NCBI GenBank assembly: GCA_965202785.1
Contig: OZ241855.1
Location: 1,024,001-1,088,000 of the forward strand
Length of the DNA stretch: 64,000 nt
Direction of reading: 5' to 3'
Source of the DNA: Thermodesulfobacteriota bacterium
GTDB taxonomy: Bacteria > Desulfobacterota_D > UBA1144 > Nemesobacterales > Nemesobacteraceae
In this document: positions 14,659 to 24,485 of the stretch, piece by piece
How positions within the stretch are numbered: the stretch's first letter is position 1
How the letters are laid out: every line of letters starts with the position of its first letter
Notes under the pieces: generated by a model
Databases searched by the model: none
Told to the model about the DNA's origin: nothing
The model's input: the letters and a program-made list of their open reading frames with translations, nothing else
Program-made: the position numbers and the translations under genes

Positions 14659-14937
14659 ATGGTTCGAAGTTTTCGCCATCGTGGTCTCAAGCGGCTGTAC
14701 GAGCGTGGTGACCCGGGCCGAGTGCGCGCGGACCAAGCGGAACGCATAGCGCTTGCGTTGGCGGATCTTGACGATGCCCGCACGCCCTCGGATCTCGATT
14801 TGCCTGGTTACCGTCTTCACCCGTTAAAAGGGAGCCTGAAGGGATTTTGGAGCATTTCGATTTCCGGTAACTGGCGGATCATCTTCCGCTTTGACGATGG
14901 CGATGCCTACGATGTCGACTTGGTTGACTACCACTAG
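14659..14937 (+). CDS. higB: HigB-like RelE/ParE-family toxin
   Basis: [42 protein letters not shown] end. Confidence 0.92.
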   Translation: MVRSFRHRGLKRLYERGDPGRVRADQAERIALALADLDDARTPSDLDLPGYRLHPLKGSLKGFWSISISGNWRIIFRFDDGDAYDVDLVDYH

Positions 14938-14951
14938 GAGGAAGCAGCAAC

Positions 14952-15254
14952 ATGACGATGAACAATCCGCCGCATCCCGGCCGTAGCATTAGGGAGAACT
15001 GCTTGATCCCGCTTGGTCTGAACGTTACCGAAGCGGCGAAGGTGTTAGGCGTTGCCCGTCACACGCTTTCGCGCGTATTGAACGGCCATGCGGCAATTTC
15101 ACCGGAGATGGCCATTAGGCTGGAGAAGGCGGGATGGTCCAATGCCGAGTTCTGGCTGCGTCGCCAGACCACCTACGATCTGGTACAAGCGCGCAAGGGC
15201 GAGGACCGGATCAATGTCGAGCGCTACCGATCACAGCAGACGGAGCAGGAATGA
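14952..15254 (+). CDS. higA: HigA antitoxin (XRE HTH)
   Basis: [40 protein letters not shown]; AGGAGG RBS. Confidence 0.92.
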   Translation: MTMNNPPHPGRSIRENCLIPLGLNVTEAAKVLGVARHTLSRVLNGHAAISPEMAIRLEKAGWSNAEFWLRRQTTYDLVQARKGEDRINVERYRSQQTEQE

Positions 15255-15321
15255 AGGCCAAATCCTCAAGAAACCCGTAGCAGCATGTAGTCGGACTTGA
15301 ATCCGGGTGCGAAGGTAAAAA

Positions 15322-15688
15322 AGCGAGTCGGCCTGTAAGCCGAGTTCTGTCAAGTACGGTCATCCATCTGAGATACCTGTTGCCAGAATACCTTAAGCGA
15401 CTACCCGAAAACCAGGACGGGCCGTCCTGACCGGACAGTTGTCCGGGTGTTTTCCTATTTGTCTTTCTTCGGGCGGGGTTTACCTTGCCTCCTCCATCAC
15501 TTTCGGAGCGGTGGTCTCTTACACCACCTTTTCACCCTTACCGGAACGCCTGCGGCGCCCAGGCGGTATACTTTCTGCTGCACTCTCCGTTGTCTCGCGA
15601 CACCTGGTTGTTAACCAGCGCCCTGCCCTGCGAAGCTCGGACTTTCCTCCCGCGTACAAGCCGCGGGCGACCGCACGGCCGACTCGCT
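15322..15688 (-). ncRNA. rnpB: RNase P RNA, bacterial class A
   Basis: Minus strand has GAGGAAAGTCCGAGC near the 5' end and ACAGAACTCGGCTTAC near the 3' end; P1 helix GCGAGTCGGCC/GGCCGACTCGC. Confidence 0.95.
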
Positions 15689-16103
15689 AATCATTAAAAT
15701 ATCTATCTATCGCCTCGTTCGCAAGACTGTCGGCTTCTGCGTTATTCTCCCTAGGGATATATTCTATTTCGAGTGCCGGAAGGGATGAAGCGAGTTTCTT
15801 CGCTTCCGAGTGAAGTATTCTAAGCTTTGAATCCTTTACTTTCCAGAGCCCGTTCATCTGGCTTGCGACAAGCTGGGAGTCGGTATGGATTTTTATCTCG
15901 GTGCTATCTTCAGCCACCAAGTGGCCGAGCGCTTTTATGAGCGCCTTGTATTCCGCCTCGTTGTTCGTTCCCCTCCCTATATACTCTCTTATCTCCTCTC
16001 TTGTTCCATCCGGGCGGATAACAAGAACCCCGATGCCGGATTCTCCCGGGTTTCCCCTTGACGCTCCATCTATATAGACTTCGGTTGTTTTTTCTGGGGA
16101 CAT
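15687..16103 (-). CDS. rnhA: Ribonuclease HI family protein
   Basis: YIDGASRGNPG, TNNEAEY, DSQLV, RENN..ADSLAN. Confidence 0.9.
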   Translation of the reverse strand: MSPEKTTEVYIDGASRGNPGESGIGVLVIRPDGTREEIREYIGRGTNNEAEYKALIKALGHLVAEDSTEIKIHTDSQLVASQMNGLWKVKDSKLRILHSEAKKLASSLPALEIEYIPRENNAEADSLANEAIDRYFND

Positions 16104-16132
16104 GTTCTTAATTTGTGTAACCACTCGGGTGG

Positions 16133-16834
16133 TTACGATTTTGTGTAAAGAATCTTCTTGCAGTTCGGACACTGAACCAGTTTTGTCTGTTTCAGTATTT
16201 CATTGTAGAGTTGAGGCGGAATGTTTATGTTGCAGCTTGTGCATTTCTCGTTTTCGGCAAGCGCAAGTGCCCTGCCGTTTTTTTTGAAGATTCTTTCGTA
16301 AAGCGGGAGTATTTTCGGATCTATGGTGGATAGGATTTCACTTTTTTCCTTCTCTGCCGGTTTGCGGGAAATCTCGAGTTCTTCAATCTTTTTTTCTTTT
16401 TCCGCGATCTGCTCTGCGTATTGGTTTTTTAGAGTCGCGTAGTTTTCTTTTTCTTCGGAAAGTACTGCCTCGGTCTCTTCGATCTCCGTCATTACCGAGA
16501 TCGTGCGATCCTCTATTTCGAGGTTCTCCTTTCTGTTATCGGTTATTTCTTTCTGAAGCGCCTCGTATTCCTTGTGGGTCTTTATGGCAAACAGCCTTTC
16601 CTCGGATTTTTTTATGGATTCCTGATTGGAGCGAAGAGAGGATTCAAGACCGTCTCTTTGCGACTTGAGTTCCGAGAGGGTGGTTTCCTTGAGGTTTATC
16701 GATCCTTCTTTTTCAAGGAGGTCTTTTTTAAGGTCATTGATTTCGTTCGGGTATTTTTCCAGTCCTTCAGTTAACTCTCTGATTCTTAAGTCAACTGTCT
16801 GAAGCTTCTGGAGGCTTTCAATATGCTGTTGCAT
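16133..16834 (-). CDS. Coiled-coil protein with C4 zinc ribbon (DUF164-like)
   Basis: Long coiled coil followed by CTSC...CPNC; usual neighbour of RNase HI and rnpB. Confidence 0.88.
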   Translation of the reverse strand: MQQHIESLQKLQTVDLRIRELTEGLEKYPNEINDLKKDLLEKEGSINLKETTLSELKSQRDGLESSLRSNQESIKKSEERLFAIKTHKEYEALQKEITDNRKENLEIEDRTISVMTEIEETEAVLSEEKENYATLKNQYAEQIAEKEKKIEELEISRKPAEKEKSEILSTIDPKILPLYERIFKKNGRALALAENEKCTSCNINIPPQLYNEILKQTKLVQCPNCKKILYTKS

Positions 16835-16965
16835 AATTTTTTACTTCAGGCGAAGCAGTCCCGATGCGCTTTTTATGGAGAAAAATGGTATTTCGGGGGC
16901 TTTGGTTGGAGGGAGTTGCTTCGGCTTTGTCTATATTGACCTTCATGGTCTCTATTTCTCAATTC

Positions 16966-17039
<74 letters not shown>

Positions 17040-17133
17040 TAATAAAACTAGGCAACAGAATATAGTTAATCGAATTTTTTTGTCAAATTGCCGGTTCAAA
17101 AAATGTAGAAGGCGATTTTCAGGCCCCCCGAGT

Positions 17134-17901
17134 TCACCGGAAAACAAGGAGATTTCCCCTTTCGGGGTCCCAGGAACCTCTTACCTTGAATACCGAGGAG
17201 AGAAGCTTTTCGGAAAGCACGTGCGACGGTTCTCCCAGGGCGGAAACTCGGCCGTTTTCAAGCACAAGGATCCTGTCGCAGAACCTGCTCGCAAGATCAA
17301 GGTCGTGGAGAACGGCCGTGACCCCTCTTCCTTCTCGCGCCAGCGACCCGAGCAGTTCCATGAGGACGAACTTGTGGTGTATGTCAAGGTGGGAGGAAGG
17401 CTCGTCAAGGAAAATAAAATCGGTCCCCTGCGCAAGCACCCTCGCGATCGACGCTCTCTGCTGTTCTCCCCCTGAGAGCGTCGTTACCTTTCTTCGGGAA
17501 AACCCTTCCATGTCCACGAGCGAAAGACAGTCCTCGGCGTGCCTTATGTCCTCTTCGCTCTCGCTCTCGAAAATTCCTAGGTACGGATATCTCCCCGTAA
17601 GCACTACCTCGAGCACGCTCAGCGGAAAATCGAAATACGAGGTCTGCGGGAGAAACGATATTTTTCTGTAAAGCTCTCTTGTCTCATATTCCAAGATATC
17701 CTCTCCGTCAAGCAGGATGCGGCCTGCGGTGGGATCGACTATACGGGCAAGAAGGCGAAGAAGCGTGGATTTCCCCGCGCCGTTTGGTCCGACTATGCAT
17801 AGAAACTCGTTTCTTTTAATCTCGAAGTTTACGTCGTCAACTATGGTTTTTCCGTTTACGCCGTAACTTAGGCCCGATATTTTTATTAACCCTTTCTCCA
17901 T
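17134..17901 (-). CDS. Cobalamin/iron-chelate ABC transporter ATP-binding protein
   Basis: GPNGAGKST, LSGGEQQR, LDEPSSHLD, LHDL. Confidence 0.92.
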   Translation of the reverse strand: MEKGLIKISGLSYGVNGKTIVDDVNFEIKRNEFLCIVGPNGAGKSTLLRLLARIVDPTAGRILLDGEDILEYETRELYRKISFLPQTSYFDFPLSVLEVVLTGRYPYLGIFESESEEDIRHAEDCLSLVDMEGFSRRKVTTLSGGEQQRASIARVLAQGTDFIFLDEPSSHLDIHHKFVLMELLGSLAREGRGVTAVLHDLDLASRFCDRILVLENGRVSALGEPSHVLSEKLLSSVFKVRGSWDPERGNLLVFR

Positions 17902-17902
17902 T

Positions 17903-18940
17903 CTACAAGATTCCCCTCCCGCTGAAATTTCGCCTCAACAGAAACACGAAGAAAGGAACTCCGATGAGGGAGGTGATTATTCCGAGGCGAAGTTCCTGGG
18001 GGCTCATGACGGTTCTCGCTACGAGGTCTGCTGCGGGCAGAAATATGGCCCCGGCGATAAAACTTGCGGGCAGAAGCCGGCGGTGATCCACCCCGATCAG
18101 CAGTCTTACAGAATGCGGAATTATAAGTCCGACGAACCCCACGATGCCGCTTACCGCCACGCTTGCTCCAACTATTAAGGAACTCAGGACTATGAGATGT
18201 TTGGTTGTTTTCTCTATGTCGATACCGACGGTCTTCGCCGTTTCGTAGCCTAGGAGTCTTGCGTTTAGATTCTTAGCGTAAAAAAGCAGCATGACCGAGG
18301 CGGCAAGCACGGGTACCGCTGCCATTGCAAAATGCGTCCAAGTGCGCGAGTCGACTCCGCCCATTATCCAGAAAAGCATTTCCTTCATTGACCACGCGTT
18401 TGATACCGAGAGTACGAAAGTCGTGAGAGAAACAAAAAGTGTTCCAAGCGCCACTCCGCAGAGAAGAAGCGTCGTGTTCTCGACAAATCCCCTGTAACGT
18501 GATATTCCGTAGACTGCGTATGCCGTGAGAAGTGTGCCTGCAAACGCTGCGAGCGGGAGCAGGAGAAACCACTGCTGATGAATACCGGTGTAGATCGCCA
18601 GAACGGCGAAAAAAGCCCCTCCACTTGACCAGCCCAGTATCCCGGGTTCGGCTAAGGGGTTTCTGAACATCGCTTGCATTACCGCTCCCACAATTGAGAG
18701 TCCCCCTCCTATGGTGGCAGCGAGCAGAACCCTGGGGAGCCTAACGTTCCAAACAATAAGTTCTTGTGATTTTTCGATTTCCGCTCCGGTATCGAGCCAG
18801 AGCAGCTTGCCGGCTGTTATACCGATTACCTTGTCAAACGGAACGTTCACAGCCCCGAGCGATACGCACACGATGACGGTCACCATTAGCAGGGAGGCGA
18901 GTACTGCGTATACGGAAAGCGTTTTCTTACCGGTCGGCAT
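17903..18940 (-). CDS. FecCD/BtuC-family permease
   Basis: RLPRV, FRNPLAEPG, GIVGFVGLIIPH. Confidence 0.92.
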   Translation of the reverse strand: MPTGKKTLSVYAVLASLLMVTVIVCVSLGAVNVPFDKVIGITAGKLLWLDTGAEIEKSQELIVWNVRLPRVLLAATIGGGLSIVGAVMQAMFRNPLAEPGILGWSSGGAFFAVLAIYTGIHQQWFLLLPLAAFAGTLLTAYAVYGISRYRGFVENTTLLLCGVALGTLFVSLTTFVLSVSNAWSMKEMLFWIMGGVDSRTWTHFAMAAVPVLAASVMLLFYAKNLNARLLGYETAKTVGIDIEKTTKHLIVLSSLIVGASVAVSGIVGFVGLIIPHSVRLLIGVDHRRLLPASFIAGAIFLPAADLVARTVMSPQELRLGIITSLIGVPFFVFLLRRNFSGRGIL

Positions 18941-19781
18941 TGTTCTCTGTTCCGAATATCAGGTTTACCAGATCAATTACGGCCCGTGCCGCATAATGAG
19001 ACGCGGCGTCTAGATGTTTTCCCGCGACGACTATGATTTTTTTGTCCCTGAAGGCGGAATTTTTGAACATCTGGCCGACAAAATCCGGGTGAGATGGATT
19101 ATAACTACTTGTAAGCACTAGGTCAGGATTGTTCTGGATTACGTATTCGGTAGATATGTTGCTGTATCCGCTTAGCCCGAGGCGTGCCGGGAGGTTAATG
19201 GCTCCGGAACTTTCTATTATGTCGTTTATGGTTGAGCGTTTGCCGACCGTGAACCCGGGGGCTCCGTAAAAAAGAACCGTCGGGGCTTTTGCGTGAGGCG
19301 GAATCTTTGCCTTGGCATCCGCGATCAGGGTTTCCATTCTTTTTACGAGGTTTTTCGCCGCGGCTTCCTCGCATACAGTCTCTCCAACCAGTTCTATATT
19401 CTTTTTTATGCTCTCAAGAGAGACGATTTCGCGGAGCACCAATACTTTTATTCCTGCTGCCTCAAGATGCGCCCGTATGTTCGGGTTGGTGTGGCCTGCG
19501 ACTATCACGAGATCCGGAGATTTTGCGATTACCTGCTCGAGGTTTGCTCGGACCTGTGGAATTCCCCGCGCTTTTTCCACAACATTCGAGATCAGCGGGT
19601 CGGTCGAGAAATAAGTGAGTGCAGCTATTTTTTCTCTCTCGCCGACTATATCGACCAGGATTTCGTCTGAAGCCAAAGTGAGGGATATTATGCTTTTTGG
19701 GCAAGGCGGTTTTGCTAGGCACACAACTGGCGCGGCGACGAGGGCGAACAGGATCGCCGCGAACAGATTTTTGATACTCAC
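18927..19781 (-). CDS. Periplasmic binding protein (BtuF/FecB-like)
   Basis: Signal peptide; IISL...DEIL, EQVIAKSPDLV, NPDLVL. Confidence 0.85.
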   Translation of the reverse strand: MSIKNLFAAILFALVAAPVVCLAKPPCPKSIISLTLASDEILVDIVGEREKIAALTYFSTDPLISNVVEKARGIPQVRANLEQVIAKSPDLVIVAGHTNPNIRAHLEAAGIKVLVLREIVSLESIKKNIELVGETVCEEAAAKNLVKRMETLIADAKAKIPPHAKAPTVLFYGAPGFTVGKRSTINDIIESSGAINLPARLGLSGYSNISTEYVIQNNPDLVLTSSYNPSHPDFVGQMFKNSAFRDKKIIVVAGKHLDAASHYAARAVIDLVNLIFGTENNADR

Positions 19782-19801
19782 CTTGAAAATCAGGCTTTTC
19801 C

Positions 19802-20797
19802 TTATGGGTTCAGAATGACTTTTCCGAACTGCTGGCGGTCTTCAAGAATTTTCTGCGCCGCCGCTGCCTCGCTCAGGTGGAACCTGCTGTGTATTGAAGG
19901 TTTCAGGGTACCTTCTCCGGCAAGCTGCGCGACTTTCTCGAAATGTTCCGCCCGGGCGTTAAACACCGTTACTCCGAGTACGGAGAGATCTTTCATAATA
20001 AGTGGGCCGATGGCTGCTTCCGTAGCACCTCCTCCCGCGACTCCGATCAGCAGAAGCTTTCCCCCGGGGGCCAGATACTGCGTGTTCTCTTTCCATACCG
20101 AAGCTCCCACGGGGTCGAAGATCATGTTTATCTTATGCGTTTTTGTAATTTTCTTTAGCTCTTCTCCGAGATCCGAGGAGTTATAGTTTATGGTGACATC
20201 GGCTCCGATTTCTTTTGCTTTCTCAAGCTTTTCGTCGCTTCCCGCGGTAGCTATCACAAAAGAATCGAAAAGCTTGGCTACTTGGATCGCGGCGCTCCCC
20301 GTTCCGCTTCCCGCTGCGTGCACGAGCACCGTTTCTCCCTTGCCGATATTCGCTCTTTCGCAGAAGGCGTACCAGGCGGTAACGTAGCAGGTTGGAATGG
20401 TCGCCGCGTCGTCGAAGGAGAGCCCTTCGGGGATCGAGACCACGTTAGATGAAGGTATCTTTACGTATTCGGCGAATCCTCCGTGGAGGTTGACCCCGAC
20501 TATTTCAAGTCCTCTCTCTGAGCGCACGGCCGGCATGATTATGACCCGATCGCCCGTGTCCACGTCAGACACGTCATCGCTTTTCTCACAGACAATACCC
20601 GCCACGTCTACTCCCCCCACGTGCGGCAGGGGTACCGGGCGGGGTGATTTCCCGCTTCTGAGCCTGAGGTCGACGAAGTTTATGGAGGAGGATTTCACCT
20701 CTACAAGCACTTCTCCCGGTCCAAGCTCCGGCTTGCTTACTTCTTCGTATTTAAGAACATCGGTTTCTCCGAATTCGTGATAGATAACAGCTTTCAT
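19802..20797 (-). CDS. MDR-superfamily NADPH:quinone oxidoreductase-like protein
   Basis: GGFAEY, HAAGSGTG, GKVIL; no Zn-binding Cys cluster. Confidence 0.88.
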   Translation of the reverse strand: MKAVIYHEFGETDVLKYEEVSKPELGPGEVLVEVKSSSINFVDLRLRSGKSPRPVPLPHVGGVDVAGIVCEKSDDVSDVDTGDRVIIMPAVRSERGLEIVGVNLHGGFAEYVKIPSSNVVSIPEGLSFDDAATIPTCYVTAWYAFCERANIGKGETVLVHAAGSGTGSAAIQVAKLFDSFVIATAGSDEKLEKAKEIGADVTINYNSSDLGEELKKITKTHKINMIFDPVGASVWKENTQYLAPGGKLLLIGVAGGGATEAAIGPLIMKDLSVLGVTVFNARAEHFEKVAQLAGEGTLKPSIHSRFHLSEAAAAQKILEDRQQFGKVILNP

Positions 20798-20941
20798 TCT
20801 TGTGAACTCCTTTTGAATATTTGTCGGATTAAGGTACTTGGCTTTGAGGGTTTGGCAATAAGGGGAGCTATACTGCCGATAGGGTCGAGAACTTAACAGG
20901 TGGCGGACGTCCTCGGAATCTGCGACACGATCAAAACATTT

Positions 20942-22222
20942 TTACAGAACAGGGGCGGGGAATAGTAAACCGCCGAAGAGAATCCACGCCACGATCAGCG
21001 TCCAGATGACGTTCATTCCCTGCGCTATGAGAAACGCATAGGCCGGACGGCCTTCTTCCATGCCGACTAGGGTGGAAAGGCGGGTCTCAAGGCCTATGCA
21101 GACAAAAGCAAGGGCGAACCACCAGCCGCGAAGCCCCTTCATGAGACCCTTTGTCTGTGAGACGAGATCGTCTCCCACGACGAAAGAAAAAAGAAGCGAC
21201 GCCGCCATGAAACCCAGAATGAACTTTGGAAAGCGATCCCATATGACTCCTGCCGACGGCTTTACCCCTTCATCCGCGCCTTGGCGGAACGTCCACCACA
21301 GGGAAAGAGCGAAGGCTGCTAGACCCAGCATGGCGTTCTGCGAGAATTTCACCACCACGGCGGCGTTCATAGCCGACTCTCCCACCAGTTCCCCCGCTGC
21401 CACAACTGCTCCGGTGGTGTCAATGGTTCCTCCTATCCACGCTCCTCCGATTGCTGCGGGAATCTGGAAATGCTCTATGGCCCAAGGCATGATCAGCATC
21501 ATGGGGACGGCCACTATGAGGACGATGGATGTTACGTAGGAGAGCTTCTTTCTGTCTCCGCCTATGGCTCCGCAGGCCGCAATGGCGGCTGAGACTCCGC
21601 AGATGGAAACGGCCGTGGAAAGCATGGCGGCGAACTCGGAATCCACGGCAAGCTTCCTGCAGATCCAGTAGCAGGCATACCAGATGACTAGGACTACTAG
21701 CAGAGCTTGCAGAATCCCTGCCGACCCCGCGGAGAGTATCTTGCCGAACAGGATGCCGGAACCCAGAATAATGAGTCCGATCTTGATGTAGTATTCGGTG
21801 CGGATCGCCTCCCGGAAGCGTTCAGGGAAAACGTTGCCGACGAACATTCCGATGAAAAGGGCGAAGATGACATAGCTTATACCCCATTCCTTGGCCATTG
21901 CGTTTCCGGCGAGAAACTTGGATACCCACGCAAGTGCAAACACTATGGGGAAGCCCGCTATATAGCGGGCGACCGACCCGCCCATCATACGGATGCCGAA
22001 GCTTGAGAAAAATAAAAAGACCACTCCCAGCGAGAGGGAAAGAGAAATGTTCTCTGCGCTTAGGATACTGCCTACGGAATCAGGGGTCCACGAGAACTTG
22101 GGAAGAGAGATATAGGGAAAAAGGAGCCCGAGAGCGATGAGAATGAAAGCCGGTCCGAAAACCACCCAGTCTTCGGAGAATCCGTTACTTTCCTCGGGAG
22201 GAACTGCGGTTTCGTTTTCCAT
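20942..22222 (-). CDS. YeiH/putative sulfate exporter family membrane protein
   Basis: EYYIKIGL, SICGVSAAIA, GGTIDTTGAV, FPKFILGF, GLET. Confidence 0.85.
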   Translation of the reverse strand: MENETAVPPEESNGFSEDWVVFGPAFILIALGLLFPYISLPKFSWTPDSVGSILSAENISLSLSLGVVFLFFSSFGIRMMGGSVARYIAGFPIVFALAWVSKFLAGNAMAKEWGISYVIFALFIGMFVGNVFPERFREAIRTEYYIKIGLIILGSGILFGKILSAGSAGILQALLVVLVIWYACYWICRKLAVDSEFAAMLSTAVSICGVSAAIAACGAIGGDRKKLSYVTSIVLIVAVPMMLIMPWAIEHFQIPAAIGGAWIGGTIDTTGAVVAAGELVGESAMNAAVVVKFSQNAMLGLAAFALSLWWTFRQGADEGVKPSAGVIWDRFPKFILGFMAASLLFSFVVGDDLVSQTKGLMKGLRGWWFALAFVCIGLETRLSTLVGMEEGRPAYAFLIAQGMNVIWTLIVAWILFGGLLFPAPVL

Positions 22223-22272
22223 GAAGGTAAGATTGACACGAACTCCCGGTTTTTCAATACTTTGCTATCTAC

Positions 22273-22815
22273 TTACTGACCGTGCGGTCGGGAACCAGTC
22301 GCGAGCCGTTCTCCTTTTCGCCAGCTCCAAGGCGCGACGAACTCCCCGGCCCACAGGCCGCGGCTGTTTTCGCGGGCTTCCTGCTCGGCGGAGACATAAC
22401 GGCCCGAGTAGCGCGCGTAGGCGAGAGCGTAGCCGTTTCGGACCATCCAGCCGTTTAGGTCGAGCTCATTTAGGTAGCAGATCCCGAGAAAGCGTCCGTA
22501 GCGGTCGCGCTTTGTTCCCTTGCACTTAATAGAGTTGCGCCCTATTTTGGTTCTGAGAGCCGCGGTTGAAACAATGCCGCAGTCATAGCCTTTTCCAGAT
22601 GCGTCTTTGCACCGCTGGTTCCACTCCGGCGCGTCGATTCCTTCAAGCCTGATCCGTTCCCCCGAAATTTTGACCGTATCGCCGTCTGTAACGTAAGGCT
22701 TACCCGTCAGGGTTCCGGCTTCCGCCGAAATCGGGCAAAGCAGCAGGAGAAGCGTTAAGCACAGTAATTGACAGAGCAATCTGGGATCGCACTTTGAATC
22801 AGGGGTCTTTTTCAT
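22273..22815 (-). CDS. Secreted thermonuclease (SNase) family protein
   Basis: Signal peptide; DGDT, IRLEGIDAPE, DRYGR, G.A..Y, GLW. Confidence 0.88.
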   Translation of the reverse strand: MKKTPDSKCDPRLLCQLLCLTLLLLLCPISAEAGTLTGKPYVTDGDTVKISGERIRLEGIDAPEWNQRCKDASGKGYDCGIVSTAALRTKIGRNSIKCKGTKRDRYGRFLGICYLNELDLNGWMVRNGYALAYARYSGRYVSAEQEARENSRGLWAGEFVAPWSWRKGERLATGSRPHGQ

Positions 22816-22840
22816 TACGCACCCGACAGCTGGCGGTTTA

Positions 22841-23218
22841 TCACTGGGTGTTTCCGCCATCCCCGGCAAGCTTTTTCGCCGTCCTTCTTTTTCTTCTTTT
22901 TTTCTGTTTTATTATTTTCTGCGCTTTTTTTCTTTCCGCTGAGTCTTCTCCGTGAACCTGCGTTGCAATTTTCTCGGCGAGACTTCTCCTCGCGAGGAAT
23001 CTGTTAAGCGCTTGGGAGCGCTCCCTCATAACCTTTACGCTAATGCCGCTTGGACGGTGTCGCAAGTGAACGCAGGTGGCCAGCTTGTTTACATTCTGTC
23101 CGCCAGGTCCCGAAGATCTCGTGAAAGTTTCCTCGATATCTTCTTCTCTTATGCCAAGACGCTTCATTTCCCGCCAGAGCGCCGTTTGTTTTTCCTTTGA
23201 AACTCCGAAGCTTTTCAT
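22841..23218 (-). CDS. ArfB/YaeJ-like peptidyl-tRNA hydrolase (release-factor GGQ domain)
   Basis: SSGPGGQNVNK, ERSQALNR, basic C-terminal tail. Confidence 0.85.
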   Translation of the reverse strand: MKSFGVSKEKQTALWREMKRLGIREEDIEETFTRSSGPGGQNVNKLATCVHLRHRPSGISVKVMRERSQALNRFLARRSLAEKIATQVHGEDSAERKKAQKIIKQKKRRKRRTAKKLAGDGGNTQ

Positions 23219-23246
23219 GATGGTGGCACGGCGGGCCGAAGGCGGA

Positions 23247-23690
23247 TTATCTTACGATCAGTTTCAGAAAATCTGATACCGAGACGAGTCCCACGGGCTT
23301 TTCGTCCTCGACCACGACGACGCTGTGGACGCCAGTTCCGGCTAATTCTTCGAACACATCTTTTACCGATGCGTCCGGGCCGATGGATATGGCTGGGCTG
23401 CTCATTACTTCCTTCACTGTGATACGCCCGGCATCCTCGTATATCTTTTCAATTGCTCCTTGGTCAAACCACTGTCCGAAGAGTTCAAGGATTTCGGTTC
23501 TCGAGAAGGAGACCGTGGTTTTTTTGGCGACAAAGTCGCTTGCGGCTATGAATCCCGTGAGCGTTCCGTCGTCCTTAACCACCGGAAGCTGGTCGATTCT
23601 TAGTTCAAGCATCTTGCGCGCGCACCGCTCAAGGGAGTCGTTCTCGTTGGCGGTGACCGCGGGGCTGCTCATTATCTCCTTTACTTTCAT
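23247..23690 (-). CDS. Tandem CBS-domain protein
   Basis: MKVKEIMSSPAV...LPVV...VKEVMSSPA...GLVS; GAGG upstream of the ATG. Confidence 0.88.
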   Translation of the reverse strand: MKVKEIMSSPAVTANENDSLERCARKMLELRIDQLPVVKDDGTLTGFIAASDFVAKKTTVSFSRTEILELFGQWFDQGAIEKIYEDAGRITVKEVMSSPAISIGPDASVKDVFEELAGTGVHSVVVVEDEKPVGLVSVSDFLKLIVR

Positions 23691-23816
23691 CTGTGTATGG
23701 AAACCTCTTTTTTCAAACAGATTAAGGATAAGACAGCCGGGGATTTTTGCAAGGCGGATTGCGTCGGCTCCTTTTCTTGGAAACGCACTGATATGCGTAT
23801 ATAATTCCCCGCTGTG

Positions 23817-24056
23817 ATGGAAACGCAGCGGATTCGCGAAATGATAGAGCAAGGCATTCAGGCGTCGTTTGTCGAAGTTGACGGGGACGGAACGCATTTT
23901 CAGGCGGTAGTCGTATCGGAGCAGTTCAGGGGCAAGCCTCCTATTGAGCGTCACAAGCTTGTTTACGCGGCGCTTGGAGACGCCATGGAATCCGAGATTC
24001 ATGCCATCTCGATAAAAACCTACACGGATGATCAGTGGGAGAAGCTTAAAAAGTAA
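23817..24056 (+). CDS. BolA/IbaG family protein
   Basis: GDGTHF, F.GK..IERHKLVY, IHAISIKT. Confidence 0.9.
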   Translation: METQRIREMIEQGIQASFVEVDGDGTHFQAVVVSEQFRGKPPIERHKLVYAALGDAMESEIHAISIKTYTDDQWEKLKK

Positions 24057-24067
24057 GGAGCGGGACA

Positions 24068-24388
24068 ATGTCGGATATACAGAAAAAAATAGGGCGTCAG
24101 ATCGAAGAGAACCCTATTATCCTTTACATGAAGGGGTCAAAGGATGCGCCGCAGTGTGGTTTTTCGGCGCAGGTGGTAAACATTCTCAACTACTACAAGG
24201 TGGATTACGAAACCGTTGACGTTCTTTTGGATCCGGAGATCCGCCAGGGAATAAAGGACTACTCGCAGTGGCCGACGCTTCCGCAGCTCTACGTTAACGG
24301 CAATTTCATAGGCGGATGCGATATATGCACCGACATGCACGTAAACGGGGAGTTGGGGGAAATTCTCAAGGGAGATGCGGGGAGCTGA
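24068..24388 (+). CDS. grxD: Monothiol glutaredoxin Grx4
   Basis: PQCGFS, WPTLPQLY, GGCD. Confidence 0.95.
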   Translation: MSDIQKKIGRQIEENPIILYMKGSKDAPQCGFSAQVVNILNYYKVDYETVDVLLDPEIRQGIKDYSQWPTLPQLYVNGNFIGGCDICTDMHVNGELGEILKGDAGS

Positions 24389-24485
24389 GGAGCTTTAGCG
24401 GTGGTGGCCGGTGGGTATTAACATTTTTTTGGGATTCGGTATAATTGCGTTTCCCTGATAATTTTTTCACCATTTTGGAGGTTCC

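Noticed and set aside
15439-15697. Short plus-strand ORFs
   Set aside because: They lie antisense to rnpB.
16818-16946. 42-codon minus-strand ORF starting MKVNIDKAE, faintly like a Phd/YefM N-terminus
   Set aside because: Similarity covers only about 8 residues and there is no partner toxin.
23691-24068. Long N-terminal extension of the CBS ORF in the ORF track
   Set aside because: Overlaps bolA on the other strand; the real start with RBS is at 23690.
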